From assembly GCF_009914755.1 (NCBI RefSeq), contig NC_060926.1: a DNA stretch of 64,000 bases; one strand, written 5' to 3'. This stretch comes from the human T2T-CHM13v2.0 reference genome, Homo sapiens. The notes under the pieces are model-generated. The model had not been told where the DNA came from. It searched no databases and saw only the letters and a program-made list of their open reading frames with translations. The position numbers and the translations under genes were made by a program. Position 1 is the stretch's first letter, and every line of letters starts with the position of its first letter. This document shows, one piece after another, positions 29,679-45,999 of this stretch.

Positions 29679-32600
29679 AGCCATCACTTTTTAATAAAAC
29701 CCCTTCACCATCATTTTTTGCCTGTGTAAAGCTCATCTGCCGATATACCAAATATAAAAGTTGGGGTATAGGAACTATATTTTTCTGGAAGTTGGGGCAT
29801 AGGAGCTATATTATTAGTGTTGGAGAGAGAAGGGAAAAAAAGGAAGAAGAGAAAATTCACAGAATCACCTAAAGATGAAATGTATTTAAATTGAATTATA
29901 TCCTCTTCCCAGCATAGTCTCTGACTCATAGTAGGTATTTATCAAGTGTTAAGATTCTACCTCTGACTTAAAGAATAGCTTCTATTAAAGTTTTATTTGG
30001 AAAATTTCTAAGATATCAACCATTTTTATAGTCCTGAGAACTGTACATAAATAATATTTCAGTACCTTCCTTATAACTATATTTATTTCTTACCTAAAAA
30101 TATGATTTTTAAAATATGACTTATGGATTTGCTTGAAGGTAGATGGTTATATTCCAATGGATGTTTGTACATTACAGGGCCCCTGTATCTATAAAGAGGA
30201 ACTACCCTTGGATTAAGTTATTTTGAGGAGCATTGAAGGCAGGAATTTAGGTTTATAGGAAGGACTCACTTAGCTCCCTGTGGGCTCCTCTATCAGAGAC
30301 CCTACAGTAGAGGAGATAGAACATCCTGACCTTGAGACAGTAGAATCTTATTCAGAGTGAAGTCTGAATCAGAAAGAATCCTGGAGAGAAGAAAGGCAGA
30401 TGGGCTGTACAGGCCTCTCATCCTGTCCTGACCCTTAAGAAGATGCCCTTGGTTCTTTCCACAGTGACAACTACTTGAGCTTTGTTCAGTCTGCAGATCT
30501 TCCATTCCAATGAGCAGGGACAAGGCGATTGCCTGCTATCTCAGTCTTTATCAGAAGGGGGCCTTGAGAAAGACTTCTTGTGAAGTGATACAGACCATCG
30601 TTTGGAGGTGCTCTTAACCTTTTTCCAAAATGACATGGCTTTTTGTCTCAGGGGTACTGAAGCAGGACTCAGCATGTCAGCAACAGGCTCAGAAGAGAGA
30701 TGAGTTTTCAGTGGGACAGAGTCAGGGCATCTGAGCCAGGGAAAGTGATGAATTGTACAATAAAGCCCTTTTGAATCTGCTCTCCTCTGGCTTATTTCCC
30801 CTAGGGCATGTGAGTACACTGTGGATCTGTTTATTTTTCTTATTTATTTTCTGCATTGAGTAATACAATTTTTGAGACTCCTATGAAGAGGGTATCTAAT
30901 GTAGATGACTCTGTAAGTACAATATTATGATCTGGAGTGTGAAGATTGTCCTTCTGATGGCTTGAGTCTGAAATCAGTGATTCAACAGTTCTAACTGTTG
31001 GCATCCCAACCCTGGGAAATGGGTGGTGGTGAAAGCCATTGTACCAGTGAGTGAGCTCTGGGAATGCATCTGCTCTCTTCACGAATTCCAAAAAAAAGAG
31101 ACTGCCAGGGACAGCTGATGGCACTCCTAGGCATGCTTAGGCCCAGGCTGCCTTCTGTCAAAAACTCATGCCATTTCAAAAGACTGCAGTTTTAAAAAAA
31201 ACTTTTAAAACATTGTCTCTGGAAGAACTTGAGTGTCCCTAGACTCACCTCTGCTCTCCTTGTCTCAAAGGGTAGTGTCATAACCTGGTTAAATATATTT
31301 TTAAAACCTTTGAGATTCAAAAAAATATTTTCTAAAGGACTATTATGCCCCCAGGGTTACTGAATGGGAAGCAATATAGCGGAGTACCTTATGTATTGAG
31401 AGGGTTTCAGGCCTATTGAAGCATTGTCTGAGGGCAGCAGATGGTCTCCACCTCTGAAGCCATGAAGAAGACAGATCCAATTGCATTCGGCATAAGTAGT
31501 CAACAACTTAGTGTTTTAGAATATTCTAGAAGGATGCCAAATTAGCCACCCCTGGGACCATTCCTGGGTTTACTAATATCACAGCTTCTCCCAGAGAGTA
31601 CTTCTATCATGTCTCTGAGGGAAGCACTAGTGTGTGAGCCCCTCAGAGGCCTAGACTTGAGACCCTCTCAGCAGTATGGAGGTCCTAGAAGAGTGACAGC
31701 AGTCCATGGTTCACTGCCTCCTTAATAAGTGTCTCTGTTTACCTGCAGGTAAACGATCTTTTTAAATTAACCTGACCCTCTGTTCCCCTTTCCCTCATTC
31801 TCAGTGACCCATAGAAGGTGACCTCTGAGAAGGAAAGTGTAGCTCTGACTTGAGAGCTAGGTCTGAGAGCTAGGTCTCTCACATGTTTTGGGAGGAGGAG
31901 TAGAGGTTTGCAAAAGGAAAGGGAAGGAGACAGCAGAGGGAGCGGATTAGGTATCTAAGAAGAGGATTTGACTTAGAAGAGGTTTGACTCATCCATCAAA
32001 AGAGCAGTCATAACTGTCTGAAAAAGCCATTGGGATATCAGTACGGTAATATATCTTGACAGCCCAGGGAAGTAAAGAACAACCCCAGAAACCAATTGAT
32101 TTAGGCATCCCCCTGAGCAATCTGTTCACGTCCTCATGAAGAAGTGAGGAGAAGCCTTCTGAATCTGCAGGGCCCCCAGGGCAATGGAAATGGAAGAATT
32201 TGTCACAGTCTAGTTGATTTGGAAACCTCCACTGGGTTCATTTGAAGCTTCTCAGCCCTGCTCACTGTTTATTTCACTGTTTTCTGTTTTCCCTTCCAAA
32301 TGACTGAGCACTCTTTAAGCTCAGAAAACATCTGAGTTATAATCTATGCATTTTCCTCTATCAGCCAGATATTTATTTTTATCAGCAACTATTTACATAT
32401 AAATGAACATGAAAAGTGATGACATATAAATGAATATGAAAAGTGATTAATGTGAAACCAAGGTGCAGACTTGAAGTTAACTTTGTTAGATGGAGATTCC
32501 CAAAGAAGAGACCTAAGAAGACCCTTTCCGTAATGTTCTGATTCCAGCTTAACTGATTGAGCCCCTCTAGGACAGCCAGTGAGCAAGACCAAGAGTAAGT

Positions 32601-32779
32601 GTTTGGGAAAATAGGGCTGACCACATTTAAGTATCTGGGACTGAACATTCAGCAGGAAAAAATGAGTAGGATATTGTTTGGACCTCCTGGACTGGCCCTC
32701 TGATTTTCTTATTGTTTCTCTATAGCTTATCATCTCTGTCTTTTTATTCTACTTTCTGGGAGACTTTCTCAACCTTTTT

Positions 32780-32932
32780 AAAAAATAGTTTTTAAAATTT
32801 ATTTTTACAGAGATGGGGGCAGGGGGTCTTGCTATGTTGCTCAAGCTGGTCTCGATTTCCCAGCCTTAAGCCATTCTCCTGCCTTGGCCTCCCAAAGTAC
32901 TGGGATTACAGATATGAGCCACTGCACCCAGC
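32780..32932 (-). mobile_element. Alu monomer (FLAM-like)
   Basis: Flanked by duplicated gagactttctcaac. Confidence 0.8.
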
Positions 32933-33072
32933 TGAGACTTTCTCAACTTTATATGCCAACCAGATGTATCTGTTTCTCCCTTTAGTTTGTCAACTTTGCT
33001 TCATATATTAAAAAATTCTGTTATTGGGTATATTTGTATTTAGGATTTTTATGTCCTTTTGAAATAGTCCTC

Positions 33073-33360
33073 TTTTTTTTGAGACAGAGTCTCGCTCTGT
33101 CACCAGATGGGAATGCAGTGGCTCAATCTTAGCTCACTGCAACCTCTGACTCCCTGGTTCAAGCGATTCTCCTGCCTTAGCTTCCTGAGTAGCTGGGATT
33201 ACAGCCATGCGCCACCACGCCCAGCTAATTTTTGTATTTTTAGTAGAGACGGGGTTTCACCATGTTAGCCAGGATGGTCTCGATCTCCTGACATTGTGAT
33301 CCACCCGCCTTGGCCTCCTAAAGTGCTGGGATTACAGGCGTGAGCCACTGCGCCCTGCCA
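33073..33360 (-). mobile_element. AluS (Sc-like)
   Basis: Antisense dimeric Alu. Confidence 0.9.
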
Positions 33361-33569
33361 AAATGGTCCTCTTTATCTCTGTTAATACTCCTTGTCTTGA
33401 AATCTTTGTCTGATTTTAATACGGTGACACCAGTTTTCTTTATTTTTCCCTGGTTTTTAGGATTTTTAACAAACTTTTTTTCTGGTTTTATTAAACTTGA
33501 AATAGAATGATTCTTACAGCATCTGTAAAGCCAGCAGATGTTGTTCAAGCACAGATTTTAAAAGCCCTA

Positions 33570-34975
33570 TTAAGGGGAAAAAACACACTCAGAGCAGTTG
33601 CTTATTTTTCTGTTCTCTCACTGAACAACAATCGACACAGAAGACTTCTGTGACCAAATGTGTGGGGACTTTTCCCCACACACCAAGCAAGCAATCAGTT
33701 TTGCAGCAGACATAAGCTGAGTATCCTCCAATTCAATTCTGACCATGTCTACCTGGAGAGTGTCAGAACCTATAGATTGAGGGCTCTCCCAGTCCCACAA
33801 GACTGCCACCCGACTTCCAGTGGCATTCACAAGCCCCAGGCTGTTTTTCCTGTGATTCTGACCTGCTGGCTATAAATCAGGAATTCCACAACCCCCTCCT
33901 TGGGTTCAATTAATATGCTAGAGTAGATCCTAGAATAGGAGAAACATGTTTACCTGTCTATTATGAAGGATATTATGCCAAATACAGATGCAGAGATGCA
34001 TAGGGCGAGGCATGTGAGAAGGGGTATGCACCTTCCATGCCCTCCCTGGGCACACCACCCTCCAGGAACCTTACACGTTCAGCTCTCCAGAAGCTCTCCA
34101 AACTCTGCCCGCTTGGGCCTTTTATGGAGACTTAATTGGGTAGGCGTGATTAACAACCATGTAGAAATGTGATTGGACAAAAAGGGTATGATCTAATATG
34201 AATAGACTGAGGGGGGAAACCCAGCAAGTCTTGTCTGTTCAGGTTCTAATTTTGTTTTTTTTTTTTTGAGATGGAGTCTCACTCTGTCACCCAGGCTGGA
34301 GTGCGGTGGTGTGATCTCAGCTGACTGCAACCTCTGTCTCCCGGGTTCGAGCAATTCTCCTGTCAGCCTCCCGAGTAGCTGGGACCACAGTCACATGCCA
34401 CCATTCCCAGCTAATTTTTGTATTTTTAGTAGAGACGGGGTCTCGCCATGTTGGCCAGGCTGGTCTTGAACTCCTGACCTCAGGTTATCCGCCCACCTCA
34501 GCCCCCGAAAGTGCTGGGATTACAGGTGTGAGCCACTGCGCCTGGCCCCCTGTTCAGATTCTTCTTGACCTCTCTGTGCAGCATTCATTCCTCCTGGGGG
34601 CAGGATCCTTTCTGAAATGAGGGTCTTTTGGCCAACATAAGACAAGGTAGGTCAGAGCTCCAAGACAGAAAGGCACCGGGGTGTGGGTGCAGAATACTAG
34701 CATATGTTTTTGGTTTCTAAGGTCTGCCTTGGGGAGAAAGAGGAGCAGGTGAAAGGGGGGCAGGAGAAGGTCAAGGAGAGAGACTCTGTTTTCTGAGGCC
34801 TGCTCTTGAAGCTTTAAGGTGCCCCAACAGTATAACAAGCGCAATGGAAGTTCCTGGCTGATAACGCCCATAGTGCTTGTTACACTGTTGGGGCACTTAA
34901 AGCCTCAAGAGCAGGCCTCAGAAAACAGAATCTCTCTCTTTGACCAATATAACCAGTTATTATGTAACTCCCACA
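33570..34975. mobile_element. MER21-family LTR, with an Alu at ~34250-34548 and an internal inverted duplication
   Basis: cagaagacttctgtgaccaaatgtgtggggacttttccccacacaccaagcaagcaatc... typical of MER21. Confidence 0.75.
34769..34945. repeat. Long inverted repeat (~78-bp arms, ~20-nt loop)
   Basis: 34769-34847 is the reverse complement of 34868-34945 with about 6 mismatches and 1 indel. Confidence 0.92.
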
Positions 34976-35009
34976 GAGCTTGTTTATATCACACCTATAA
35001 AGACATTTT

Positions 35010-38355
<3,346 letters not shown>

Positions 38356-40182
38356 TTTTCAGAAGGAAAGGAAACTAACTCAGAAGCCACCAGCTAGCTG
38401 GCTGGATTGCTTTCATTGGATTGGTTGATTTAAGTGCAGAATCTCCAAGTCCATGGACTTCAAGTACTTCTGAGTAGTCAAACCATTAGGGAAAATTTTG
38501 CAAAAAACAAACAAACAAAAAAATAAGTGCCTGTCAGTCAGGGCGAGTACATACCAAAGTGGCAAATATAGGTTAATACATTTGAGAATAAATAAACAAA
38601 AAGAGAAATGATTTGGGCTACATCATGGTCTAGGAAGGAGACTGAGAATTGATGTAGACATTTTCCTGGGGCTCTCTGCCTGTGCTACTGTGCTGAGTCT
38701 CTGTATCTGGCTCTTGTTCCTGCTCCAAGGAAATGCAGAGGATCTGGGGAAGCTCTGAGCAGAGGAGAGTGAAGTGATAACCTTGTAAGGGCAGGTGGTA
38801 AGTACTGGGATTCTTCAGCCCAGAATACAGAGAGGTGGCCTGTCTCAATTGAAAACCGTGGCCAGGGTGGAGAAGGCAGAGTGGAGCCTGGGCACCAGAA
38901 CCTGAGATGCTAGGAGGAGAGGGTTGTTTCTGAAACCGCAGCAGGCAAGTTTGGCACAAATAAAAGCACAATTTACCATGGCAGGCTAGAAACTTGGGAA
39001 ACTATTAAAAGCAGCTCTTTTGATAGGTGGTTTAATTCCATAAGGGTTTAGACAGATGAATGACAGAGCTCCTGCTCCACTAAATACAAAAAGAGAGAGT
39101 GGCTCCTAGGAGACGCTGACACTTACATAACCTTCCATTTAGACACTGAGGAGGTCAGGATGCTCTTACTGGGCTGTTAGCAGAACACTGGGCTGGATGG
39201 AGAATGAGCAGCTTGGTGTAGTAGGAAAAACTTGACACAAATTAAGGTCTACATTCAAATCTTGACTCCTCAGCTTACTTACTGTGACCTTGAGCAAGTT
39301 CTTAACCTTTCTGACACTCCCAAGATTCTGCTGAAGGTTAAATAAGGTAGTTACATAACCTACAGTATGTTCAATAAAGCAAGGTTAGCATGATTCCTAA
39401 ACTGAATTTATCTGGGCCTTTATTTAACACATACTTGCTGAGCTCATATCAAATACCAAGCTGGGTACAGGTATCTTCCCTATCCTAGAAAAGCTCATGA
39501 AGTGAAGACACAGCTCTGCTCCATCCTGCAGCCCTTCCTTGGCATGCTCTGAGGCTGTGAAGGTGAGCATTGCTGGGTCCTTTCCTGGCAGCAGGGTGAT
39601 GTGCCTGGGGCAGAGAATATCTGAGCATCTTATCCCTTCTCAGCAAACAACCCCACTTCCCTCCTAGCCACTTTCCTAATAACTAAGTAAAAAGCTTTCA
39701 CAACTTTCTAATACAACACGGTGGTGATGTGGTTTGCAGGCCACTTCTGCTTTTTCATTTACTTGTCTCTGCTGTAGTCTCCAGATGGTCAGAGTTGAAG
39801 GTTTTTGGGGAAGTGGAGGGGGTGGGAGTGAGGGGCATAGGAATAGTTCCTGACACTGTGGGAGAGTGAAGTTCACTCCCCTCCTACAAGAAATGTGTTC
39901 ATAGCCTCTGGGTGCCCACATCATTATGATTAATTATGATGAGCTCAGATGAGATCGTGCCTCCTCCCAGCCAACTGTGTTCCCTATTCCTTAGTATCCG
40001 TCAGAAAAGTTCCATGAGTCTCTTCTCTTGCCTGGTGTACTGTAGCACCTCTCCAGTGACCACTAAACCCGCCTATTCAAAACCCAGCTTTTAAGATCTT
40101 TCCGTCCTTCAGTATCAATTATATATTTTATTGGCCCTAATTAAACTTTCCCTTTGATCCAGTGTTAAACTACATTGTGAGC

Positions 40183-40483
40183 CTTTTTTTTTTTTTTCAG
40201 ACAGGGTCTTGCTCTGTCGCCTGGGCTGGAGTGCCGTGGTGCGACCACAGCTCACTGCAGCCTTGGCTTTGTGAGCTCAAGCAGTCCTCCCCCCTCAGCC
40301 TCCTGAAGTAGCTGGGACTACAGGCATGCACCACCACACCTGGCTAACTTTTTATTTTTATTTTGGTAGAGACAGAGTGATGCTATGTCGTCCAGACTGT
40401 CTTGAACTTCTGGCCTCAAGCCATCCACCGGCCTTGGCCTCTCAAAGTGCTGGGATTATGGGCATGAGCCACCACACCTGGCC
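40183..40483 (-). mobile_element. AluJ
   Basis: Antisense dimeric Alu. Confidence 0.88.
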
Positions 40484-40628
40484 TAGTCATGAGATTTTCT
40501 TTGACCTACTGCTGAGCCTCCTTTCCCTGAAGGTTGTGATGTTGGGAGGGGTGAGTCCATCCTCCCTTTCATCTTGCCTCCACCATCGGGACTTGTTTAA
40601 CCTTCACACTGTTACTTCCCTTTTCTAG

Positions 40629-40654
40629 AACTCACGTGCTGTGTGTCAGACTGA
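40629..40654 (+). CDS. MTA3: MTA3 long isoform terminal coding exon ((E)LTCCVSD*)
   Basis: cttcccttttctAG|AA CTC ACG TGC TGT GTG TCA GAC TGA; completes the known C-terminus ...HHNGLDELTCCVSD. Confidence 0.93.
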
Positions 40655-43600
40655 GCTTTCCCTGATTCATTCTACAATCCAAGACTTGCTGCACTGTCCT
40701 GCTGATGTTCACAGCCGTGCCTGGGAAGAAGGCAGCCCCACTCCCAGTACATTTCAGTGGGAGACCTCTGCGTGCATCCATGGAGACGCAATGGGGCGGG
40801 GAAGGAACTGTGGGAGTGCACGTTCCAAATCCTGTGTCTCCACGTGTGGATCAGCAGCACCTCGCTTTCTTGTCAGAGACCTCGCTGTTACGGAGCGAGA
40901 CCTGCTGAGAATTGAGGGGCTGAGGGAACCCCTCCACCTCCTCCCTTCTGCAGCGCCCTGCGCCCCACCCAGCAACAGCGGCCACTTGGCAGTGGGGCTG
41001 CTGCAAGCTCAGAGCCGCTGCCACCCTGCATGTGTCCGCTCAGCTCGGTCTTATGCTGTATAGTTACTAAATATGTACAGGAGGGCCATGGCATCTTTCT
41101 GAATGGATTTTTCTTAAGAAATGCGCCAGTGTTTATGAGGTTCAAGGTATTTCCCTGTCCTTGCTGTTACCGTCACTCAGCTTTTTCTCGATAGGCTTCA
41201 TCCTTGTTTTTTTGAAATGGGGGAATTTGCTGTTTACCCTCTGCATTCCTATATGTGACCCTCCCTCCTACTCCTCCAAGGAACAGAATTACCGAGGTTC
41301 TGACAAAAGATAAGCCTGTAAACTCATCATCTGTGTTTTGTGGTTGGAGAGAAGCTGGTGTTCTGCCCGGCTCTGCTTGGTCACAGACAGCTCCAGCAAG
41401 AGCAGTTGTTAAAAGTGCCAAGCGTGTGTATCACTGTGACAAGCCGTTTGCTTACTGCCCTGTTCCCTTGCAGCCAAACCAGCTGATGAAGAACTGCTGC
41501 CAGGTGGGTCCTACAGCAGGTCACAAATGACCTAGTTTCATTTTAAGCAGACAGACTCTGTTTGGCCTAGAGGTGTGGAGTGAGAGAACTGTGTTTGTGG
41601 GTATGAGTCTGTGTGGCCAACCCCATGACCCCCACCCCTCCAGCCCAACATCTTGTGAGCACATGTGACCTAGGCCCCGGGGGACCTGCCTGCTCCTTTG
41701 GCTTGGGCTCTTCGTGTTTCCCACCTGCCCTCGGCACGAGCCCTTGGTGGCATCACAGTTGGCCACTCAGCTGTGCTGAGTAGCTGTGCTACTTGTGCTG
41801 GCAGCTGCAAGGATAGGAATAGCTCAGCGCCCGATGAGCTCCCTGAGCAGATGTGAGGCTGGCAACTCCCCTGCCCTCTGTTTGCAGGCACAGGGTCACA
41901 GTCCCAAGAAAGACAACTGGAGTCTGATCTCCCAGCCATCTCTGGGGTTACTAGGAGGCAGCTGGATGGCAGATACGAGAGGCCCAAATAGCCAAGCTGT
42001 TGCAAGACAGAGTGGCTACAATTGAATTGACACCCTGGGAAGCACGAGGTAACTTGGTAAGGATAATGATGCTGTAGATGTCTGTGTCCTCGGAGGCTGA
42101 GCTCTGCTTGGCAGAGAGAGCGTGCTGTGTGAGGTGGAGGGCGGTTTTGCAGACATCTCAGCTTCTTTTCTGAGGAGGAGTTGGTTCTCATCTTAGGCTT
42201 CTGCAAGGGCGAGCATGGGATGTCTCCACCACCACCCACTCTTGGAGCTGTGCTGGGTCTTGGCTTGGGGCGCTGAGGGTGGGACCTGTATCAGAAGCAT
42301 TTGGTGAGAGGGGTGGAGGTGGCAGGCAGGGGTTCTCCTCAGGGTTCCCACTGAGGGGTCCCTTCAGCAAAGACCTGGGAGGAGGTGCCGCATCACGTGG
42401 ATGTTTCTTCCCTAAAGAAAAAGACACAGGAAAGCTGTCTGTCTGTACCCTGCTCTGGATTTATTGTCGTACTTGGACCCAGAAGGGGAAATGATTCCCT
42501 CACCCTTTCACTTTCTCTCTGAACCCCTACTAAGTGGTGACTGCAGATTCTGGAAACAATTAGCTGCCCGTGACTCAGCTGCCAGCTTCATTTTCTCTGC
42601 CTTTTGGGAGAGGCCCTCTCACCCAGGCCCAAGAGATTTGGAGACAGGAGTCAGGCCAGGTCTGAAGCAGGAGAAGGGAGGCCCCTCCTATCTACCCAGT
42701 TGACATTTGGCTTTGGGAAAAGCGCAGCTTGTTCGAGCCACGTGTGCCAAGCAGGCTTTTCCTTCCTCTTGTAAGTAAAGCTCGTGGTTCTGTAGTCCAG
42801 TCATCCTAGGAGGGTGATGTTGACTGAGACTTCACGCTCTCCCTTTGTCTCTGGAAACTGCCCCCTCGTTCTGACAGAATCCCCCAGGCAATGGAGGAAG
42901 GGTGCCGAGGCGCCTCTAGTCTGTGCCTTTGCCGTTGGAAGCATTTGGTGCTGAGAGGGTTTCCCAGCCACCCGCTCCCTTTCTGGGGCCATGGTGTCCC
43001 TGCTGTGTGTCAGTGGCATGTCACTGTGGTTCAGTGAGCACATGGGTGGACGTGCAGAGACTGTCTGCGCAGCCCCCAGCAGACATGCCCCTGGGGTGAG
43101 GACACAGGCTCTGCAGGCCATCTCCCCCTCTGGCTCAGTCATCGCCTGCCCACCCTTCACTTCTTAAAGGTGCGCAAGAGAGGAGGGCCGACTGGAGGGT
43201 GTCGCCGGAAGGTTTCAGCCTGCCCTTCACAATTCCCCTTGTGCACAGCCCAGTTTCCATCTCTCAGGGCCCACCCAGGAAAATGGATTTCAAGTGGGGG
43301 TTTTCATCCAGAGATTTGTTTAACACAAAACAAGAAAAGCTGAGAGGCAAAACAGGGGAGTGAGGGGCAACCCAGAGGTGGGGAACAACAACAGCAAGCC
43401 GCCCCCATCCTGAGACTGGCTGGGCACCAGGGGAGGACGCGTCACCAGAGCCTGGGGCCAAGGCCACTGGGGGACCTGCCACACTGTGGACCTGTCTGGT
43501 GGGGGCTGGAGCCTCGAGAAGCCATGATTCTTGTCAGAAACATTTCCCCAGGCAGAGAGAGGGGGCCCCAGCCTCTCCCCTCCTCTTGGCCTCCAGAGTC

Positions 43601-44205
43601 CTGCAGGTGCCTCACAGTAGTGAAACCCAGTTGGAAGCAGCTGCCCTGGGAGCCTGGGACAGGCGACCCACCGGGTCAGTCCCCTGCCACTCAGAGCAGA
43701 GCAGGGGGCTGAGGGCAAGCAGGTGGGGCTGTGCGTGGCCTCAGTGCACTCGGTGTCATGTCTGAGCCTGGTGTTTATGCCCCACTGCTGTCCTAAGTCC
43801 CTGGCGAGGGGAGGTGGAGGAGCTGCCCCGTGGGTGTTTGGAGATTCTGTTTTACTCTGCCTAGAGAGGAAACGGCTTTGGGGAGGGAGGGGGAAGCCTT
43901 TATTCTTTACTGTTGTCCCTGTTTTCCTTTGGGGGAATTTACTCAGTTAGCAGCCCCTCCTCACCATTCCCCCCAGGAAGGCCATGTCCCAGTTTTCTGT
44001 CCACCCCTCCTGTTCCTCTGCACTATGTCTCTGATTTTCCCTGCCAGGGAAGCTAACCCAGAGCACGCACCTGTGCTCATGAGTGTTTCCGCAGGATAAT
44101 TCGTTCTGAGCATGATACCACAGTGTGGATTGTCTGTCTGTAAGGAGATGCCATCTACTAACCAATTTGTATTGTGTTTCCAATAAATTCCTGGAAATTT
44201 TGCCT
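40655..44205 (+). other. MTA3: MTA3 long 3' UTR (~3.5 kb, GC-rich, no recognisable Alu/L1)
   Basis: Runs from the stop codon to AATAAA at 44182 followed by a GT/T-rich element. Confidence 0.8.
44182..44187 (+). terminator. MTA3 polyadenylation signal AATAAA
   Basis: Upstream TGTA; downstream ttttgcctggttttatgctgttctt. Confidence 0.8.
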
Positions 44206-44815
44206 GGTTTTATGCTGTTCTTTACTAGGATGATGGCTCAGGTGTAAGACTGTGCACGCACCCCTAGGCCCAGCCTCAGGTGGTCCTTGTTTCAGAACCT
44301 TGAGCTCCGAGGGCCCCGGGGAGGTAATAGGCCAGGCCAGTTGGTCTGCTGTGCCCCAGCTGCACTGAGACTCTCAGAGGCCTTTCCCCAGGGTCTGCAT
44401 CTTCTTCTGCTGTCTCATAAGCCACATCCTGGGGACATGGAAGTTTCACGAGGCGAGGTCACCCCAGTAGGAGGCCTTTGACCCTGTGCCCCCAGGCCTG
44501 GAGGTATGAGGTGTAATAGGCAGCCTTTTTCCCGTGAACTACCCTGCAGTGTGACTTGTGCCCTGCTGTGGCCAGTGCTGGGTTGTGGGGATGGGTGCTG
44601 GGGTGTTCAGGTGGTGCACTGAGGAAGGCTGCTGTGCCCCAACATGGGGTTTGCTGTTTGGCTGGCTGTTTGTGTGGACTCTGTCTCAGCTGCTGTGCCA
44701 AGGTCATTATAGGGGAAAGTGAAGCTTGGCTCCCTTGGGACCCCTCCAGCCTGTGTTTGTGAAGTACACATGTTTGTGACTCTTGTTTGCTGGGCTTTCT
44801 GAAAGATTTTCTTAA

Positions 44816-45200
<385 letters not shown>

Positions 45201-45749
45201 TCAAATATCACCTCCCTCTTTCTGGAAGCTCCTCTGTAGCTTAGAGTGTTGCATGCCATACCTCTCAAGGGGGCCGACCTTAAGCTCCATACCAGGACTG
45301 GGTTTTTATCATCGGACTTCCTAGGAGGTTTCTTCTGCCCCTCCCTGGGTAGGTTTTACCCTCTGTTTATTCTGATTCTGCTCCTGGGTGCAGAGATTGC
45401 TGGAGGAACCACACCACCTACTCACGACCCCACAGCTTAACTCATCAGGGTGCTTAACTCACCAGGCCCCTTTGAGCCACTTGCTTAGTGACCCTTTTCT
45501 ATGTTCTTCTTTGGGAGCTTGATTTTCTTATTTCCAGAACCAGCTGTTCCAATCCTTTGCCACTTTTTAAGTCCTTATCCCCTGAGAGCTGCGGCTTCTA
45601 AGAATCCCTTCAGCTTTATTCCCCTTGTCCCAAGACCTACTGAAATAGTGCCATTGCTCCAGCTCAAAGAGGCATCCTTCTATCTTCTGGGGACAGACCC
45701 TCCTGCCACCCATGAGCTGCATTCATCCTTCCACTCCCTTAGGGCCTTG

Positions 45750-45930
45750 CAATAGTGTCTTGACTCAGGCCAGACTGCCACTTACTAGCTGGATGACCTT
45801 GGGCAAATTATTCAACCTCTGTGTGCCTCAGTGTTTCCATCTGTAAAATGGGATAATAATGGAATCTCCCTCATCAGGACTAAAAAAATTAATATGTGTA
45901 AAATGCTTAGAATAAGGCCTGGTACATTCC
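45750..45930. mobile_element. MIR
   Basis: gccacttactagctggatgaccttgggcaaattattcaacctctgtgtgcctcagtgtttccatctgtaaaatggg core. Confidence 0.85.
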
Positions 45931-45999
45931 AGTCCCCATCATCATTCCCCTCCTCCCCAGTATTTTTCTTTTCTCCCTTCTCCTCCTGTATTTAAAAAT

